Shown here piece by piece: positions 18,280 through 28,937 of a DNA stretch of 64,000 nt (position 1 is its first letter; each line of letters begins with the position of its first letter). Origin of the DNA: Deferribacterales bacterium (GTDB lineage: Bacteria; Chrysiogenota; Deferribacteres; Deferribacterales; Geovibrionaceae); assembly GCA_050251875.1 (NCBI GenBank), contig JBFWMA010000003.1, positions 290,738 through 354,737 on the forward strand, in the 5' to 3' direction. Under the pieces are notes generated by a model. It was not told the DNA's origin. It made no database searches and was given only the letters and a program-made list of their open reading frames with translations. A program made the position numbers and the translations under genes.

Positions 18280-21188
18280 TCCTTATAGACGCAGACTCTG
18301 TTTCGCCCGCCGTTTTTGGCTTTGTAAAGCTCGTCATCGGCGTTTTTGAATATGGTGTCCAGAGTGATTCTGCCATCAGGGATAGAAGTGTATATACCAA
18401 CGCTGACGGTCATGCGGATTTCCATACCGTCGGCGTGTATCACTGTCTGTTCCAGACGTGAGCGGATTTTTTCCATCTTTTTGTAGAGCGAGTCGTCTTC
18501 GCCTGATGTGGTGAAAACGGCGAATTCTTCACCGCCGTATCTGGCAATGGTGTCTGTCTGGCGTCCGAACTCCGCTTTCAGAATGTTGCTGAGCTCCTGA
18601 ATACATTTATCTCCGGCGAGATGCCCGTATGTGTCGTTTATCTTTTTGAAGTGGTCTATATCCAGAATAGCCATGGAGAACCGTATGCCGCTCCTCTGGC
18701 AGAATGCCAGTATAGTTTCGCCAGTGACGGAGAAATAGCGGCGGTTATACAGCCCTGTCAGAGCGTCCCTTTCGCTGAGTTCTTTCAGCATCATATTGGC
18801 GGTCTGGAGCTGTTTGTTCAGCTTGCGCATCTTGTTGCCCCAGTATGTCACTATCAGGAGCAGAAAAAGCACGCCGGCGAGAGCTTTCCAGAACAGGCGG
18901 TAATCGAATCCCTGCTCATAGCGTATGCTCATCCATTTGTTCATCATCACTTTTTTCTGGTCTTCGTCTATGGAGTCCGCCATCTTCTGAAAAATATTGT
19001 GGAGGAGAGGCTCATCATTCCTGGTGGCTATAGACAGCTCCAGATCAAAAGGCATCCGTCCGGATATTTTGATGTCGGTTATCTTCTGCTGGCGTATCTG
19101 GTAGCCTATGGTAGCCATCGTGTCGATGACGCCGTACACATCGCCGTTCTGCAAGAGCCTGATCCCTTCTGCGTTTGTATCGGTCTCCACCAGACGTATT
19201 TCCGGATAGAGTTTTTTAAACAGCTCTGTAAATGCGTAACCTTTTCCCATAGCGAATGTTTTATCTTTATAGTTTCTGATGTCGTCTATGTATGGATCGT
19301 TCACGGATGTGGCTATCACCGTGGGGACAACCAGATATGGGGTGGTGAAATCCATATATGACTGCCTTTCATGCGTTTTCATCGCCAGCGAGAATATATC
19401 GCATTTTCGCTGTTTGGCTAATTCCATCGACTGCGCCCACGATTTGGTGGGCACGAGCTGAATGTTGATGTTGGCGTTCTGTTTCATCAGCTCGAAAAAA
19501 TCTGCGGCTATGCCTTCGTGTATTCCTTCTTCGCTGATGTGTTCAAAAGGCATCCACGCCGGGTCTATGCACATGCGTATCAGCTTCTTATGTGAGAGAT
19601 ACGCTATTTCGTCATTGGTAAAGCTGATGTTGCCGGCTGACGAGTCATATTCCTTCACATTCAGCCATGTCTGCTCCAGCCGCATCTTTTCCTGCGCAGA
19701 GATGCTGTTCATTGTCTTCTGGAATATGGACAAGAGCTCTGGGTACATCGGGCTGATGCCGAAGCGCAGGTCTTCCATCCCCACTCCCTGCTGGAGAAAC
19801 TGTTCGGCTATGCGGACATTCACAAGGGCATATTTTTTGATGATGCTGTCGCCTGTAACCAGTGATGTTATCACCGCGTCCAGCTTTCCGAAGGAGAGGT
19901 CACGGATCATGTCGTCCTGAGAGTCATATTCGACAATACCAGTGGTGAGTATGCTTATCAGTTTTTCTTTAAAAAAGACGTCCCGAGTTATCCCCACCTT
20001 TTTTCCTATCAGGCTGGACAGATTTTTGTATCCGCTGAAGTTGTCCCGAATGAAGACAACGTTGGGTATCTTGTAATATTCTTCAGTATACAGGGTGAAT
20101 GGCACTCTGTTCGGGGTGTATGATATGTTGGCTATGGCGTCCAGTTTTTTTGATTTGAATAAAGCCAGGTTGTTGGACCAGCTGTCCACGTTATAGCTGA
20201 ATTTCAGCCCCGTCTTTCTGCTGATGATCTTCAGCAGATCGGTGGTATATCCGGTCATCCCGCTGTTATAAATGTAGCTGAAGGGCGGATAGTCCGGCAG
20301 AAGCCCCATCGACACGGTGGGGTGCGATTCTATGAAGGCTTTCTCTTTCTCGGTGAGAGAGAGCTCTTTTACAGTCACTTCTTTTCCCATGAAAACAGCC
20401 CATCTGGTCTGGGTCTCTTTCATCTGTTTGTCCGTTATGGCGGCCAGTGATTTCATCAGGATGCGGTGAAGTATTTTGTCGCTCTTATGCACGCCGATGC
20501 GGAAATCCTCATCCTGAAAGCCTGGAATGTCCACAGGTCCGGCAGGTTTGATGTTGGAAAGACTGTTTTCTCTGGCTATGTATTGCCCGCTCAGCTCGCT
20601 GACTATCACGGCATCAGTCCAGCCGAAGGCGAGAGATTTCATTATCTCGGTGAAGTTGGCGTATTCCACCAGATTGAGCCCAGTGGCTTTTACGGCGTCT
20701 TCATAGTAGATATCTTTCAGAATACCGACTTTTTTCCCTCTGAGTGATTCGATGGGAGATGTTTTTGACAGTTCCATGTCTTTTCTGGTGAAAAAAACAG
20801 TTTTGCGAACGTGAAAGGGCTCTGTGAAGAGCATGAAAGAACTGCGTCCTTTGGTGTATGAAACCTCGTTAAGGGCGTCTATATTTCCCTGAATGAATGA
20901 GTTGTATATGTCGGACCAGTTTCCGGCGACAAGTTTGAAGTGCAGACCGGACTGAGCCTCAACCTGCTTCAGAACATCTATCGAATATCCGCTGATCATC
21001 CCGTTCTTGTAATAGCTGTAGGGTTCGTTGCCTTCGACAACACCTATGGAGACTGTCTTTTTTTGGCTGATATAGCTCAGTTCTTCCTCAGAAAAATCAG
21101 GTGCGGCAAATACGCTTCCGGAAACCAGAAATATAAGAGCCACAGCAGACAGAAAGAATAAATATCTGAGCGTTCGACCAATCTTCAT
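18276..21188 (-). CDS. Diguanylate cyclase with three periplasmic PBP type 3 domains
   Basis: Signal, three SBP_bac_3 repeats (NEPYS, YPPFS, WMPFE), TM, DALTGLYNRR, DIDHFK, RYGGEEF. Confidence 0.92.
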   Translation of the reverse strand: MKIGRTLRYLFFLSAVALIFLVSGSVFAAPDFSEEELSYISQKKTVSIGVVEGNEPYSYYKNGMISGYSIDVLKQVEAQSGLHFKLVAGNWSDIYNSFIQGNIDALNEVSYTKGRSSFMLFTEPFHVRKTVFFTRKDMELSKTSPIESLRGKKVGILKDIYYEDAVKATGLNLVEYANFTEIMKSLAFGWTDAVIVSELSGQYIARENSLSNIKPAGPVDIPGFQDEDFRIGVHKSDKILHRILMKSLAAITDKQMKETQTRWAVFMGKEVTVKELSLTEKEKAFIESHPTVSMGLLPDYPPFSYIYNSGMTGYTTDLLKIISRKTGLKFSYNVDSWSNNLALFKSKKLDAIANISYTPNRVPFTLYTEEYYKIPNVVFIRDNFSGYKNLSSLIGKKVGITRDVFFKEKLISILTTGIVEYDSQDDMIRDLSFGKLDAVITSLVTGDSIIKKYALVNVRIAEQFLQQGVGMEDLRFGISPMYPELLSIFQKTMNSISAQEKMRLEQTWLNVKEYDSSAGNISFTNDEIAYLSHKKLIRMCIDPAWMPFEHISEEGIHEGIAADFFELMKQNANINIQLVPTKSWAQSMELAKQRKCDIFSLAMKTHERQSYMDFTTPYLVVPTVIATSVNDPYIDDIRNYKDKTFAMGKGYAFTELFKKLYPEIRLVETDTNAEGIRLLQNGDVYGVIDTMATIGYQIRQQKITDIKISGRMPFDLELSIATRNDEPLLHNIFQKMADSIDEDQKKVMMNKWMSIRYEQGFDYRLFWKALAGVLFLLLIVTYWGNKMRKLNKQLQTANMMLKELSERDALTGLYNRRYFSVTGETILAFCQRSGIRFSMAILDIDHFKKINDTYGHLAGDKCIQELSNILKAEFGRQTDTIARYGGEEFAVFTTSGEDDSLYKKMEKIRSRLEQTVIHADGMEIRMTVSVGIYTSIPDGRITLDTIFKNADDELYKAKNGGRNRVCVYKD

Positions 21189-21266
21189 AACATCTCCGTT
21201 GGTTTGAAAATAGTTTACTACCGAAATCCGCTGATAACAAGTGAAAGGAATGGATTTTGTCTTAAT

Positions 21267-21296
21267 AAAAAAAGGCGGAAATCTGCTGTTTCCGCC
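21267..21296 (-). terminator. Intrinsic terminator after DAHP synthase
   Basis: GGCGGAAA/TTTCCGCC stem with a T run on the minus strand. Confidence 0.8.
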
Positions 21297-21307
21297 CTGT
21301 TGGTTGA

Positions 21308-22360
21308 TTAGAGAAGGTTGTGGGCTGTTTTCAACATGGAAACTGTTGTCTCCCAGTCAACACATTTGTCAGTTACGGACACTCCGTATTTCAGTTCGCT
21401 CATACATTTCAGTCCGCCTTTGGGGATATCCTGATTGCCGGCGTTCAGGTTGCTTTCGATCATCACGCCGATGATATCCTTCTGTCCGGATTTTATCTGT
21501 TTAATTACGTTTTCCAGCACTTCCGGCTGTTTATTGTGGTCTTTGTAGGAGTTTGCGTGACTGCAGTCCACCATTATGGCTGTGGAGAGGTTGTTCTTTT
21601 TCAGCAGATCCACTGTGTTGTCTATGTCTTCTTTGAAATAGTTGGGGGCATCGTTTCCGCCTCTGAGAACAATGTGAACGTCAGGGTTGCCCGCTGTGTG
21701 AACCAGAGCTGTCATTCCGTCTGTGTTTATGCCGAGGAAGCTGTGGGGGCGGCATGCTGTCGCCATGGCGTCTGTGGCTATTTTGAGCCCGCCGTCAGTT
21801 CCGTTTTTGAATCCCACGGGAAAAGAGAGACCGCTTGCCAGCTCTCTGTGTGTCTGTGATTCCGTGGTTCTGGCGCCTATGGCTCCCCAGCTTATCATGT
21901 CCGCCAGATATTGGGGGCTGATGGGGTCGAGCATCTCGCAGGCGATGGGCATGCTCAGCTCGGATATGGCGCACATAAGCTGGCGTGCTATCCCCAGACC
22001 TTTGGATATCTGGTGAGTGTGGTTCATATCGGGGTCGTTTATCAGACCTTTCCAGCCGACTGTTGTTCTGGGTTTTTCGAAATAGACACGCATCACGACA
22101 AAAATCTTGTCGCTGATTTCGTCTGACAGCTTTTTCAGCTTTTCGGCGTATTCCAGAGCGGCTCTGGGGTCGTGTATGGAGCAGGGACCGACTATGGCTA
22201 TCAGCCTGTTGTCCTCTCCTCTGAGAATTTTTCTGATGATGTCACGGGCGTTGTTGACATATTTGCCCGCTTCCACAGACAGGGGAAAAACCTGTCTCAG
22301 GTCTTTCGGGGCGATAATAGGGGTGACTTCTATGACATTAATATCGGTTGTTTTTACCAT
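21308..22360 (-). CDS. 3-deoxy-7-phosphoheptulonate (DAHP) synthase, class I alpha (AroF/G/H type)
   Basis: GPCSIHD, FEKPRTTVGWKG, IGARTTESQ.HR, DCSHANS. Confidence 0.95.
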   Translation of the reverse strand: MVKTTDINVIEVTPIIAPKDLRQVFPLSVEAGKYVNNARDIIRKILRGEDNRLIAIVGPCSIHDPRAALEYAEKLKKLSDEISDKIFVVMRVYFEKPRTTVGWKGLINDPDMNHTHQISKGLGIARQLMCAISELSMPIACEMLDPISPQYLADMISWGAIGARTTESQTHRELASGLSFPVGFKNGTDGGLKIATDAMATACRPHSFLGINTDGMTALVHTAGNPDVHIVLRGGNDAPNYFKEDIDNTVDLLKKNNLSTAIMVDCSHANSYKDHNKQPEVLENVIKQIKSGQKDIIGVMIESNLNAGNQDIPKGGLKCMSELKYGVSVTDKCVDWETTVSMLKTAHNLL

Positions 22361-22476
22361 TGCCGTTCCTCGTTAAAAAAAAGTTTAACATCTCTAAAGC
22401 GTGTTCAGTCATGCTAATCTATACAAAAATTGTGATATTATCAAAAGGTTTTTTTCACTTTTAAGTAAACATTGGT

Positions 22477-22513
22477 AAAAAAATAAAGGCCGTTTCCCAC
22501 CGGATACGGCCTT
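22477..22513 (-). terminator. Intrinsic terminator of the RND operon
   Basis: AAGGCCGT/ACGGCCTT stem then a T-rich tract on the minus strand. Confidence 0.75.
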
Positions 22514-22532
22514 AGTTAATATGCGAAGAGTT

Positions 22533-23939
22533 TTAAATCTGCCCGCCGCCCAGCACTTTATAGAGTGTTACCAGGTTGCTCAGGTATGCCTGTTTGACGC
22601 CGACTGCGCCCTGTTCAGCGGAGAAGAGAGTTCTCTGCGAATCCAGCAGGGTCAGGAAGCTGGATACTCCGTTTTTGTATCTCATTTCAGACAGTTCATA
22701 AGTCTTTTTGGCGGATGATACCAGATCGGTCTGGGCGTCCAGCTGAGCACGGTATGTGCCTCTGGCAGCCAGAGCGTCAGCGGCTTCCTTGAACGCTGTC
22801 TGAAGAGCCTTTTCATAGTTTGCGGCGGCTATCTTTTCACTGATCTCAGCCACTTCCAGATTTGCCTTGGTTCTGCCTCTGTTGAATATCGGGATAGTCA
22901 TGGACGGAGAGAAATTCCACGCCAGAGCTGATCCGGATGTGAACAGAGTGGACAGGTTGTCGCTCGCCAGCCCCATAGAGCCTGTCAGGCTGAATGTGGG
23001 ATAGAATGCCGCACGGGCGGCGCCTATGTCGGCGTTGGCGGCTTTCAGACTGTGCTCGGCACGTCTGATATCCGGTCTGGAGAGAAGAACCTCGGAGGGC
23101 ACGCCTTCCGGCAGGTCTTTCATGAAGGTCACTGTGTCTATGGTGTCGCCGTTATCCAGCAGGTCTTCCACGGATGTTCCCGCCAGCAGTTCCAGAGCGT
23201 TTTTAGCCTGCGCTGTCAGCCTGGTATACTGAGCCACAGCAGCTTTTGCGCTCTGCACGGATGTGTCTGCCTGATAAACCTCAAGCTGAGTTCCGGCGCC
23301 CAGATCGTATGATCTTTTTACAACGTCATAGGTCTGTTTGTCTGATTCGTATGTGTCCAGAGCGAGCTGGAGCAGTTTTTTATTGCCCAGATAAGCCAGA
23401 TAAGCGTTAGCTGTTTCTGATATCAGAGATATTCTGGTGCTGGTTTTCGCCTCTTCCGTGGCGAGATATGTTTCCAGCGCTTTCTGGTTCAGGCTTCTCA
23501 CCCTGCCGAAGAAATCAAGCTCATAGGCTGTGATGCCCACGCTGGCTCCCACTGCTGTCGCCGCGTATTCGGCTCCTGTGGCGCTGGCGTTGTCCGGCAC
23601 GTTCTGACGAGTGCCTGAGACAGAGCCGTTCACGGAGGGCAGGCTTTCGGATTTTTGTATCCTGTATGCCGCCTGAGCCGCCTGAATGTTCAGAACGGCG
23701 ACTCTCATATCACGGTTGTTTTCCAGAGCTCTTTCTATTATCTGTTTCAGGCTTTCTGACTGAAAATAATCTTTCCATGCGATGTCCGCTGCCTTGCCCG
23801 CTTTATCTGTCATCAGATAGGCGTTGCCTTTGGGCCATTTTTCGCTCACGGACATATCCGGACGCTCGTATTTCGGTATCATCGTACAGCCCGCCACAAG
23901 AACGGAAAGCACTGCCGTTGTAAAGATTTTACTGATCAT
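22533..23939 (-). CDS. Outer membrane efflux lipoprotein (OprM/NodT family)
   Basis: Lipobox [43 protein letters not shown]. Confidence 0.93.
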   Translation of the reverse strand: MISKIFTTAVLSVLVAGCTMIPKYERPDMSVSEKWPKGNAYLMTDKAGKAADIAWKDYFQSESLKQIIERALENNRDMRVAVLNIQAAQAAYRIQKSESLPSVNGSVSGTRQNVPDNASATGAEYAATAVGASVGITAYELDFFGRVRSLNQKALETYLATEEAKTSTRISLISETANAYLAYLGNKKLLQLALDTYESDKQTYDVVKRSYDLGAGTQLEVYQADTSVQSAKAAVAQYTRLTAQAKNALELLAGTSVEDLLDNGDTIDTVTFMKDLPEGVPSEVLLSRPDIRRAEHSLKAANADIGAARAAFYPTFSLTGSMGLASDNLSTLFTSGSALAWNFSPSMTIPIFNRGRTKANLEVAEISEKIAAANYEKALQTAFKEAADALAARGTYRAQLDAQTDLVSSAKKTYELSEMRYKNGVSSFLTLLDSQRTLFSAEQGAVGVKQAYLSNLVTLYKVLGGGQI

Positions 23940-26900
23940 CGTCTACCTCGTAATCTGAACCCTTGAATCCTTTTTTGTTAAACCGCTTCTCTATAAGTAT
24001 AAAGAACATCGGTACAAATACAATAGCAAGGAATGTCGCCGACAGCATACCGCCGATAACGGCTATACCGATGGCGTTCTGGCTGGCTGAGCCCGCTCCG
24101 GATGATACCGCCAGAGGAGTAACGCCGAGGATGAACGCCATAGATGTCATGATGATGGGACGAAGCCTCATCTCAGACGCTATCATGGCGGATCTCAGAA
24201 CGCCGTAGCCTCCCCGTTCGTGCAGTTCTTTGGCAAACTCCACGATCAGAATGGCGTTTTTGGCGGACAGACCAATGGTCGTCAGCAGCGCCACCTGAAA
24301 GTAAACATCATTGGACAGGCTGGATATCAGTGTCGCGGCTACAGCACCCACGATCCCCAGAGGCACTATCAGCATTACGGCAAACGGTACCGACCAGCTC
24401 TCATAGAGAGCCGCCAGACACAGGAAGACTATCAGCAGAGACAGTGAGTAGAGCAGGGGTGTCTGTGAGCCTGCCATCCTCTCCTCATATGAGATTCCTG
24501 TCCATGAAAGCCCGATGCCCTGAGGCAGTTTTGTCGCCAGTTCCTGCACAATAGCCATAGCCTCGCCGGAGCTGACTCCCGGAGCGGGAGCGCCCTGAAT
24601 GTTTGTGGAGGATGTGCCGTTGTATCTTTCCAGCTTGGGTGAGCCGTATTCCCAGCGTGCCTTTGAGAAGGCGGCGAAGGAAACCATCTCGTCTTTATTG
24701 TTTTTCACATACCACTTGTCAACATCTTCGGGGAGCATCCTGTAGGGAGCGTCACCCTGTAAATACACCTTTTTGATCCTTCCCTCGTGGAGGAAGTCGT
24801 TCACATAAGCCGAGCCCCATGCCGTCTGGAGAGTATCGTTGATATCAGCGACCTCAACGCCCAGCGCTTTCGCTTTTTCGGTGTCTATATCCAGCTTAAG
24901 CTGGGGAACGTCAGACATACCGTTGGGACGCACGCCGGAGAGCTTGGGATTCTGAGCCGCCATGCCCAGCATCATGTTTCTGGCGTTCATCAGAGCCTTG
25001 TGTCCCAGACCCGCCTGATCCAGAAGCTGGAAGTCGAAGCCTGTGGCGTTACCCAGCTCGATGATTGGGGGCGGCATAAAGGGATATATGAAGGCGTCTT
25101 TGACAGCGTAAAGCCTCATCATGGCTCTCTGGGCTATCGCCTGCACCTTCTGGTCGGGATTTTTTCTTTCGGACCAGTCTTTCAGCCTTACGAATCCGAG
25201 ACCCATGTTCTGTCCGCGTCCGGCAAAGCTGAATCCGGTAACGGTGAAGATACTTTTGATATTGTCTTTTTCCATGGTGAGGAAATATTCCTCCACCTTT
25301 TTGGCGCTCTCTCTGGTTCTCTCTGTGGTCGATCCGGGAGGAGCCTGTATCATCAGCATCATGATACCCTGGTCTTCGTCAGGAAGGAAGGCAGTGGGTA
25401 TCTTGGTGAACATGAAGCCGAGCCCGATGATGATGACGCCGTAGATAATCAGAAAGCGTATAGCTCTCTGGGCGACATATCCGATGCTCTTTCTGTATGT
25501 TGATCTTCCGGCGTTGAATGTTCTGTTGAACCAGCCGAAAAATCCTTTCTTGTCTTCTTTATGCCCTGCCTCAACGGGAGTCAGCATAGTGGCGCAGAGC
25601 GCCGGGGTCAGAATGAGCGCCACCAGAACAGACAGACCCATCGCCGAAACAATTGTCAGCGAGAACTGGCGGTAGATAGCTCCTGTGGAGCCTGAGAAGA
25701 AAGCCATGGGAACGAAAACAGCCGCGAGAACAAGGGCGATACCGATAAGAGCTCCGGTGATCTGCTCCATTGATTTCTTGGTTGCCTCTTTGGGCGATAG
25801 CCCTTCTTCGCTCATAACCCTTTCCACGTTTTCCACAACAACGATGGCGTCATCCACCAGAAGCCCGATGGCGAGAACCATGGCGAACATGGTGAGCGTG
25901 TTGATGGTGAATCCGAACGCGGAGAGTATTCCGAATGTTCCCAGCAGAACCACGGGAACGGCTATGGTCGGAATCAGAGTCGCTCTGAAGTTCTGCAAAA
26001 AGAGGTACATAACGAAGAAAACGAGGATGATAGCCTCTATCAGCGTTTTGATAACCTCTTCGATGGAGAGTTTTACGAAGGGGGTGGTGTCGTAAGGATA
26101 TACAACGCCCATGCCTTCCGGCATATATTGTGTGAGTTCGTTGACTTTCGCTTTTACCAGATCGGCAGTCTCCAGAGCGTTCGCTCCTGTGGCGAGACTC
26201 ACCGCCATACCGGAAGCCGGCATGCCGTTATATCTGGCGATGGTGTCATAGTTCTGAACACCCAGACTCACTCTGGAGACATCTTTCAGTCTGATCTGCG
26301 AGCCGTTTGTATTTACTTTCAGCAGAATGTTCTCAAAATCCTCAACGGTTTTCAGCTTGCTCTGCGCCAGAATAGTGGCGTTGAGCTGCTGACCTTTTAC
26401 GGCGGGGTTACCGCCGAGCTGACCTGCGGAAACGTCAACGTTCTGATCTTTAACCGCAGCCTCAACCTCGGAAACGGAGATGCTGTAGCTGTGCAGTTTT
26501 TCCGGATCGAGCCATATACGCATGGCGTAGGGCTGTCCGAACACCTGCACGCTTCCCACGCCTCTGACCCGGCTGACGGGGTCAACCAGCTTGGAGGTGA
26601 TGTAGTCGCCGATGGCGTTCTGGTCGAGCTTTCCGCTTTCGGAATAAACACCGACAACCATCAGGAAGCCTTTAGAGGCTTTTGCCACAACAACACCCTG
26701 CTGCTGAACTTCCTGCGGCAGAGACGACATGGCTGTCTGAACCTTGTTCTGAACCTGAACCTGAGCGATGTCGGGATCGGCTTCCGGTTCGAATGTCAGT
26801 GTTATCTGAACGTTACCGGATGAGTCACTGGATGATGAGAAGTATCTGAGAAAGTCGATACCTGTCAGCTTCTGTTCAATAACCTGTGTAACGCTGTTTT

Positions 26901-27072
26901 CCAGAGTTTCAGCGGACGCTCCGGGGTAGGAAGCGGTTATGCTGACACTGGGCGGGGCGATCTTGGGGTACTGCTCCACGGGCAGGGTCCATATGGCGAA
27001 CACCCCCGCAAGCATGATAACTATCGCAATTACCCATGCGAAGATGGGTCTCTCTATGAAAAATCTTGGCAT
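23929..27072 (-). CDS. RND efflux permease (AcrB/MexB family)
   Basis: [49 protein letters not shown]. Confidence 0.95.
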   Translation of the reverse strand: MPRFFIERPIFAWVIAIVIMLAGVFAIWTLPVEQYPKIAPPSVSITASYPGASAETLENSVTQVIEQKLTGIDFLRYFSSSSDSSGNVQITLTFEPEADPDIAQVQVQNKVQTAMSSLPQEVQQQGVVVAKASKGFLMVVGVYSESGKLDQNAIGDYITSKLVDPVSRVRGVGSVQVFGQPYAMRIWLDPEKLHSYSISVSEVEAAVKDQNVDVSAGQLGGNPAVKGQQLNATILAQSKLKTVEDFENILLKVNTNGSQIRLKDVSRVSLGVQNYDTIARYNGMPASGMAVSLATGANALETADLVKAKVNELTQYMPEGMGVVYPYDTTPFVKLSIEEVIKTLIEAIILVFFVMYLFLQNFRATLIPTIAVPVVLLGTFGILSAFGFTINTLTMFAMVLAIGLLVDDAIVVVENVERVMSEEGLSPKEATKKSMEQITGALIGIALVLAAVFVPMAFFSGSTGAIYRQFSLTIVSAMGLSVLVALILTPALCATMLTPVEAGHKEDKKGFFGWFNRTFNAGRSTYRKSIGYVAQRAIRFLIIYGVIIIGLGFMFTKIPTAFLPDEDQGIMMLMIQAPPGSTTERTRESAKKVEEYFLTMEKDNIKSIFTVTGFSFAGRGQNMGLGFVRLKDWSERKNPDQKVQAIAQRAMMRLYAVKDAFIYPFMPPPIIELGNATGFDFQLLDQAGLGHKALMNARNMMLGMAAQNPKLSGVRPNGMSDVPQLKLDIDTEKAKALGVEVADINDTLQTAWGSAYVNDFLHEGRIKKVYLQGDAPYRMLPEDVDKWYVKNNKDEMVSFAAFSKARWEYGSPKLERYNGTSSTNIQGAPAPGVSSGEAMAIVQELATKLPQGIGLSWTGISYEERMAGSQTPLLYSLSLLIVFLCLAALYESWSVPFAVMLIVPLGIVGAVAATLISSLSNDVYFQVALLTTIGLSAKNAILIVEFAKELHERGGYGVLRSAMIASEMRLRPIIMTSMAFILGVTPLAVSSGAGSASQNAIGIAVIGGMLSATFLAIVFVPMFFILIEKRFNKKGFKGSDYEVDDDQ

Positions 27073-27083
27073 TATATTATTCC

Positions 27084-28235
27084 TTACTCAGCCTTTTTTG
27101 CGGGTTCAACAGGTGATACTGCCGCTCCGGGGGCGATCTTCTGAAGACCTGCCGTCACAACTCTGTCTCCTGCCGCCAGACCTTCTGTCACGAGCCATTT
27201 GTCTCCAAGAACCTTGGATACTTTGATGGGGCGGACATTAACAACGTTGGAAGCGTCCACAGCCCAGACTGTGACACTGCCGTCAGCGTTTCTGGATACC
27301 GCCTGCTGGGGTACTGTTATTGCGCCTGACTGTGAATACTGTGCAACGTTAGCCTTCACGAACAGACCGGGCAGAAGCTCTCCTTCAGGATTGGGGAAGA
27401 GTATTCTGAGCTGAACGGTTCCTGTGGTTTCGTCCACTGTGACATCTGAAAACTGAACCGCTCCGTTATGTCCGTAGGCTTCTGATGAGCCCTCCAGAGT
27501 GAGCGTAGCTTCAGTATGCGATCCGTTTTCGCTTTTGAGCATCTTTTTCAGATTGATGATGTCAGCGGCGGACTGGTTAACGTCCACATAGATTTTGTCC
27601 AGATTCTGCACTGTGGCAAGAGCTGTCGCCTGATTAGCCGTTACGAGCGCTCCCTCTGTGACGGAGGATTTGCCTATGCGTCCGGATATAGGGGCGAACA
27701 CCTTTGTGTAGTCCAGATTAATCTTCGCTGTGGTGATGGCTGCCTTCGCCTGTGCCACTGCGGCTTTTGCCTGTGCCAGTGCGGAAACGGCATCGTCATA
27801 TTCCTGACGGCTTACGCCGCCGGCGTCCACCAGCTCAGAGTATCTTTTTGCTCTGGGTTCAGCGGAGGTCAGGTTAGCTTCCGCGCTTTGCAGAGAAGCC
27901 ACAGCGCTCTCATATGCCGCCTGATAGGGGGCGGGGTCTATCTGATAGAGCTGCTGACCGGATTGAACACGGCTGCCTTCGGTGAAGAATCTTTTGATGA
28001 TGATTCCGGAGACCTGCGGGCGTATCTCAGCGATCTGATACGCTGAGGTGCGTCCGGAAAGTTCTTTTGTGAATGTGATGTCGCCCTGGCTGACAGTGAA
28101 CACCTCAACCTCAACGGGAGGTCTCTGTCCTGCCTGCGCCGGCGCCGCAGTCGATCCGCCTTTGCCTTTGTAAAAATAAAAACCTGCGCCGAGGATTAAA
28201 AGCACGGCGATCACTGCTGCAATCTTAATTTTCAT
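27084..28235 (-). CDS. RND periplasmic adaptor (AcrA family)
   Basis: [31 protein letters not shown]. Confidence 0.95.
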   Translation of the reverse strand: MKIKIAAVIAVLLILGAGFYFYKGKGGSTAAPAQAGQRPPVEVEVFTVSQGDITFTKELSGRTSAYQIAEIRPQVSGIIIKRFFTEGSRVQSGQQLYQIDPAPYQAAYESAVASLQSAEANLTSAEPRAKRYSELVDAGGVSRQEYDDAVSALAQAKAAVAQAKAAITTAKINLDYTKVFAPISGRIGKSSVTEGALVTANQATALATVQNLDKIYVDVNQSAADIINLKKMLKSENGSHTEATLTLEGSSEAYGHNGAVQFSDVTVDETTGTVQLRILFPNPEGELLPGLFVKANVAQYSQSGAITVPQQAVSRNADGSVTVWAVDASNVVNVRPIKVSKVLGDKWLVTEGLAAGDRVVTAGLQKIAPGAAVSPVEPAKKAE

Positions 28236-28246
28236 ACGTTCCCTCT

Positions 28247-28831
28247 CTATTTAATAACTATCATATTTATAAGTTTGATGGTGTCCTGCTTCATTTTCCC
28301 TGTGTCCATACAGGTCATGTTTCTGTAAAACATTGATTTCAGAGGTCCTATCACTGTGCCGAAAACCATATCTGCCAGAATATACGGATCCACGTCTATA
28401 AAGATTCCTTTGTCGATTCCGTCTTTCAGCAGTTTTGCCAGCGGGTCTATCACCATGTGGAATCTGTCTCTGTACTCGTCCTCAACAGTCCTGATGTTGT
28501 GCATAAAACGGAAATAGACACACACTTCCTCGTGAACACGGTAGACGCTGTCTATAAACATCATGAGGCTCTCTTTCGGGGGATGCGATCCGTTGAAGAT
28601 GTCTCTGTTGGATTCCAGTATAGGTGTGATGACTGAGTTATGAACATGGTTCAGCAGGTCGTCTCTGTTTTTAAAATAATTATACAGAGTGCCTTTCGCC
28701 ACTCCGCATTCTTTTGCCACCTCTTCCATGGTGACGGCTTCCTGCCCGTGAACCAGTTTCATTACCGTATCGACAATGTCCTTCTTTAACATATTGTCCA
28801 GCAGCGCTTTTTTTCTGCCAGCCTTGCTCAT
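28247..28831 (-). CDS. TetR/AcrR family regulator
   Basis: HTH TMEEVAKECGVAKGTLYNYF; first gene of the efflux operon. Confidence 0.9.
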   Translation of the reverse strand: MSKAGRKKALLDNMLKKDIVDTVMKLVHGQEAVTMEEVAKECGVAKGTLYNYFKNRDDLLNHVHNSVITPILESNRDIFNGSHPPKESLMMFIDSVYRVHEEVCVYFRFMHNIRTVEDEYRDRFHMVIDPLAKLLKDGIDKGIFIDVDPYILADMVFGTVIGPLKSMFYRNMTCMDTGKMKQDTIKLINMIVIK

Positions 28832-28855
28832 TTCATATCCGCTCCTATTATATGA

Positions 28856-28916
28856 TGACTGCGGAGTCAATTAATGACTGTGAAGTCATAATATGACCGG
28901 AGGGGTTAAGTGTCAA
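28856..28916 (-). promoter_or_regulatory. Sigma-70 promoter overlapped by tandem TetR operators
   Basis: Minus strand TTGACA-17-TATTAT. Palindromes TGACT-N4-AGTCA at 28856-28869 and 28875-28888, with a degenerate third copy at 28894. Confidence 0.8.
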
Positions 28917-28937
28917 GGGAATAAATTGTGATGAGAG

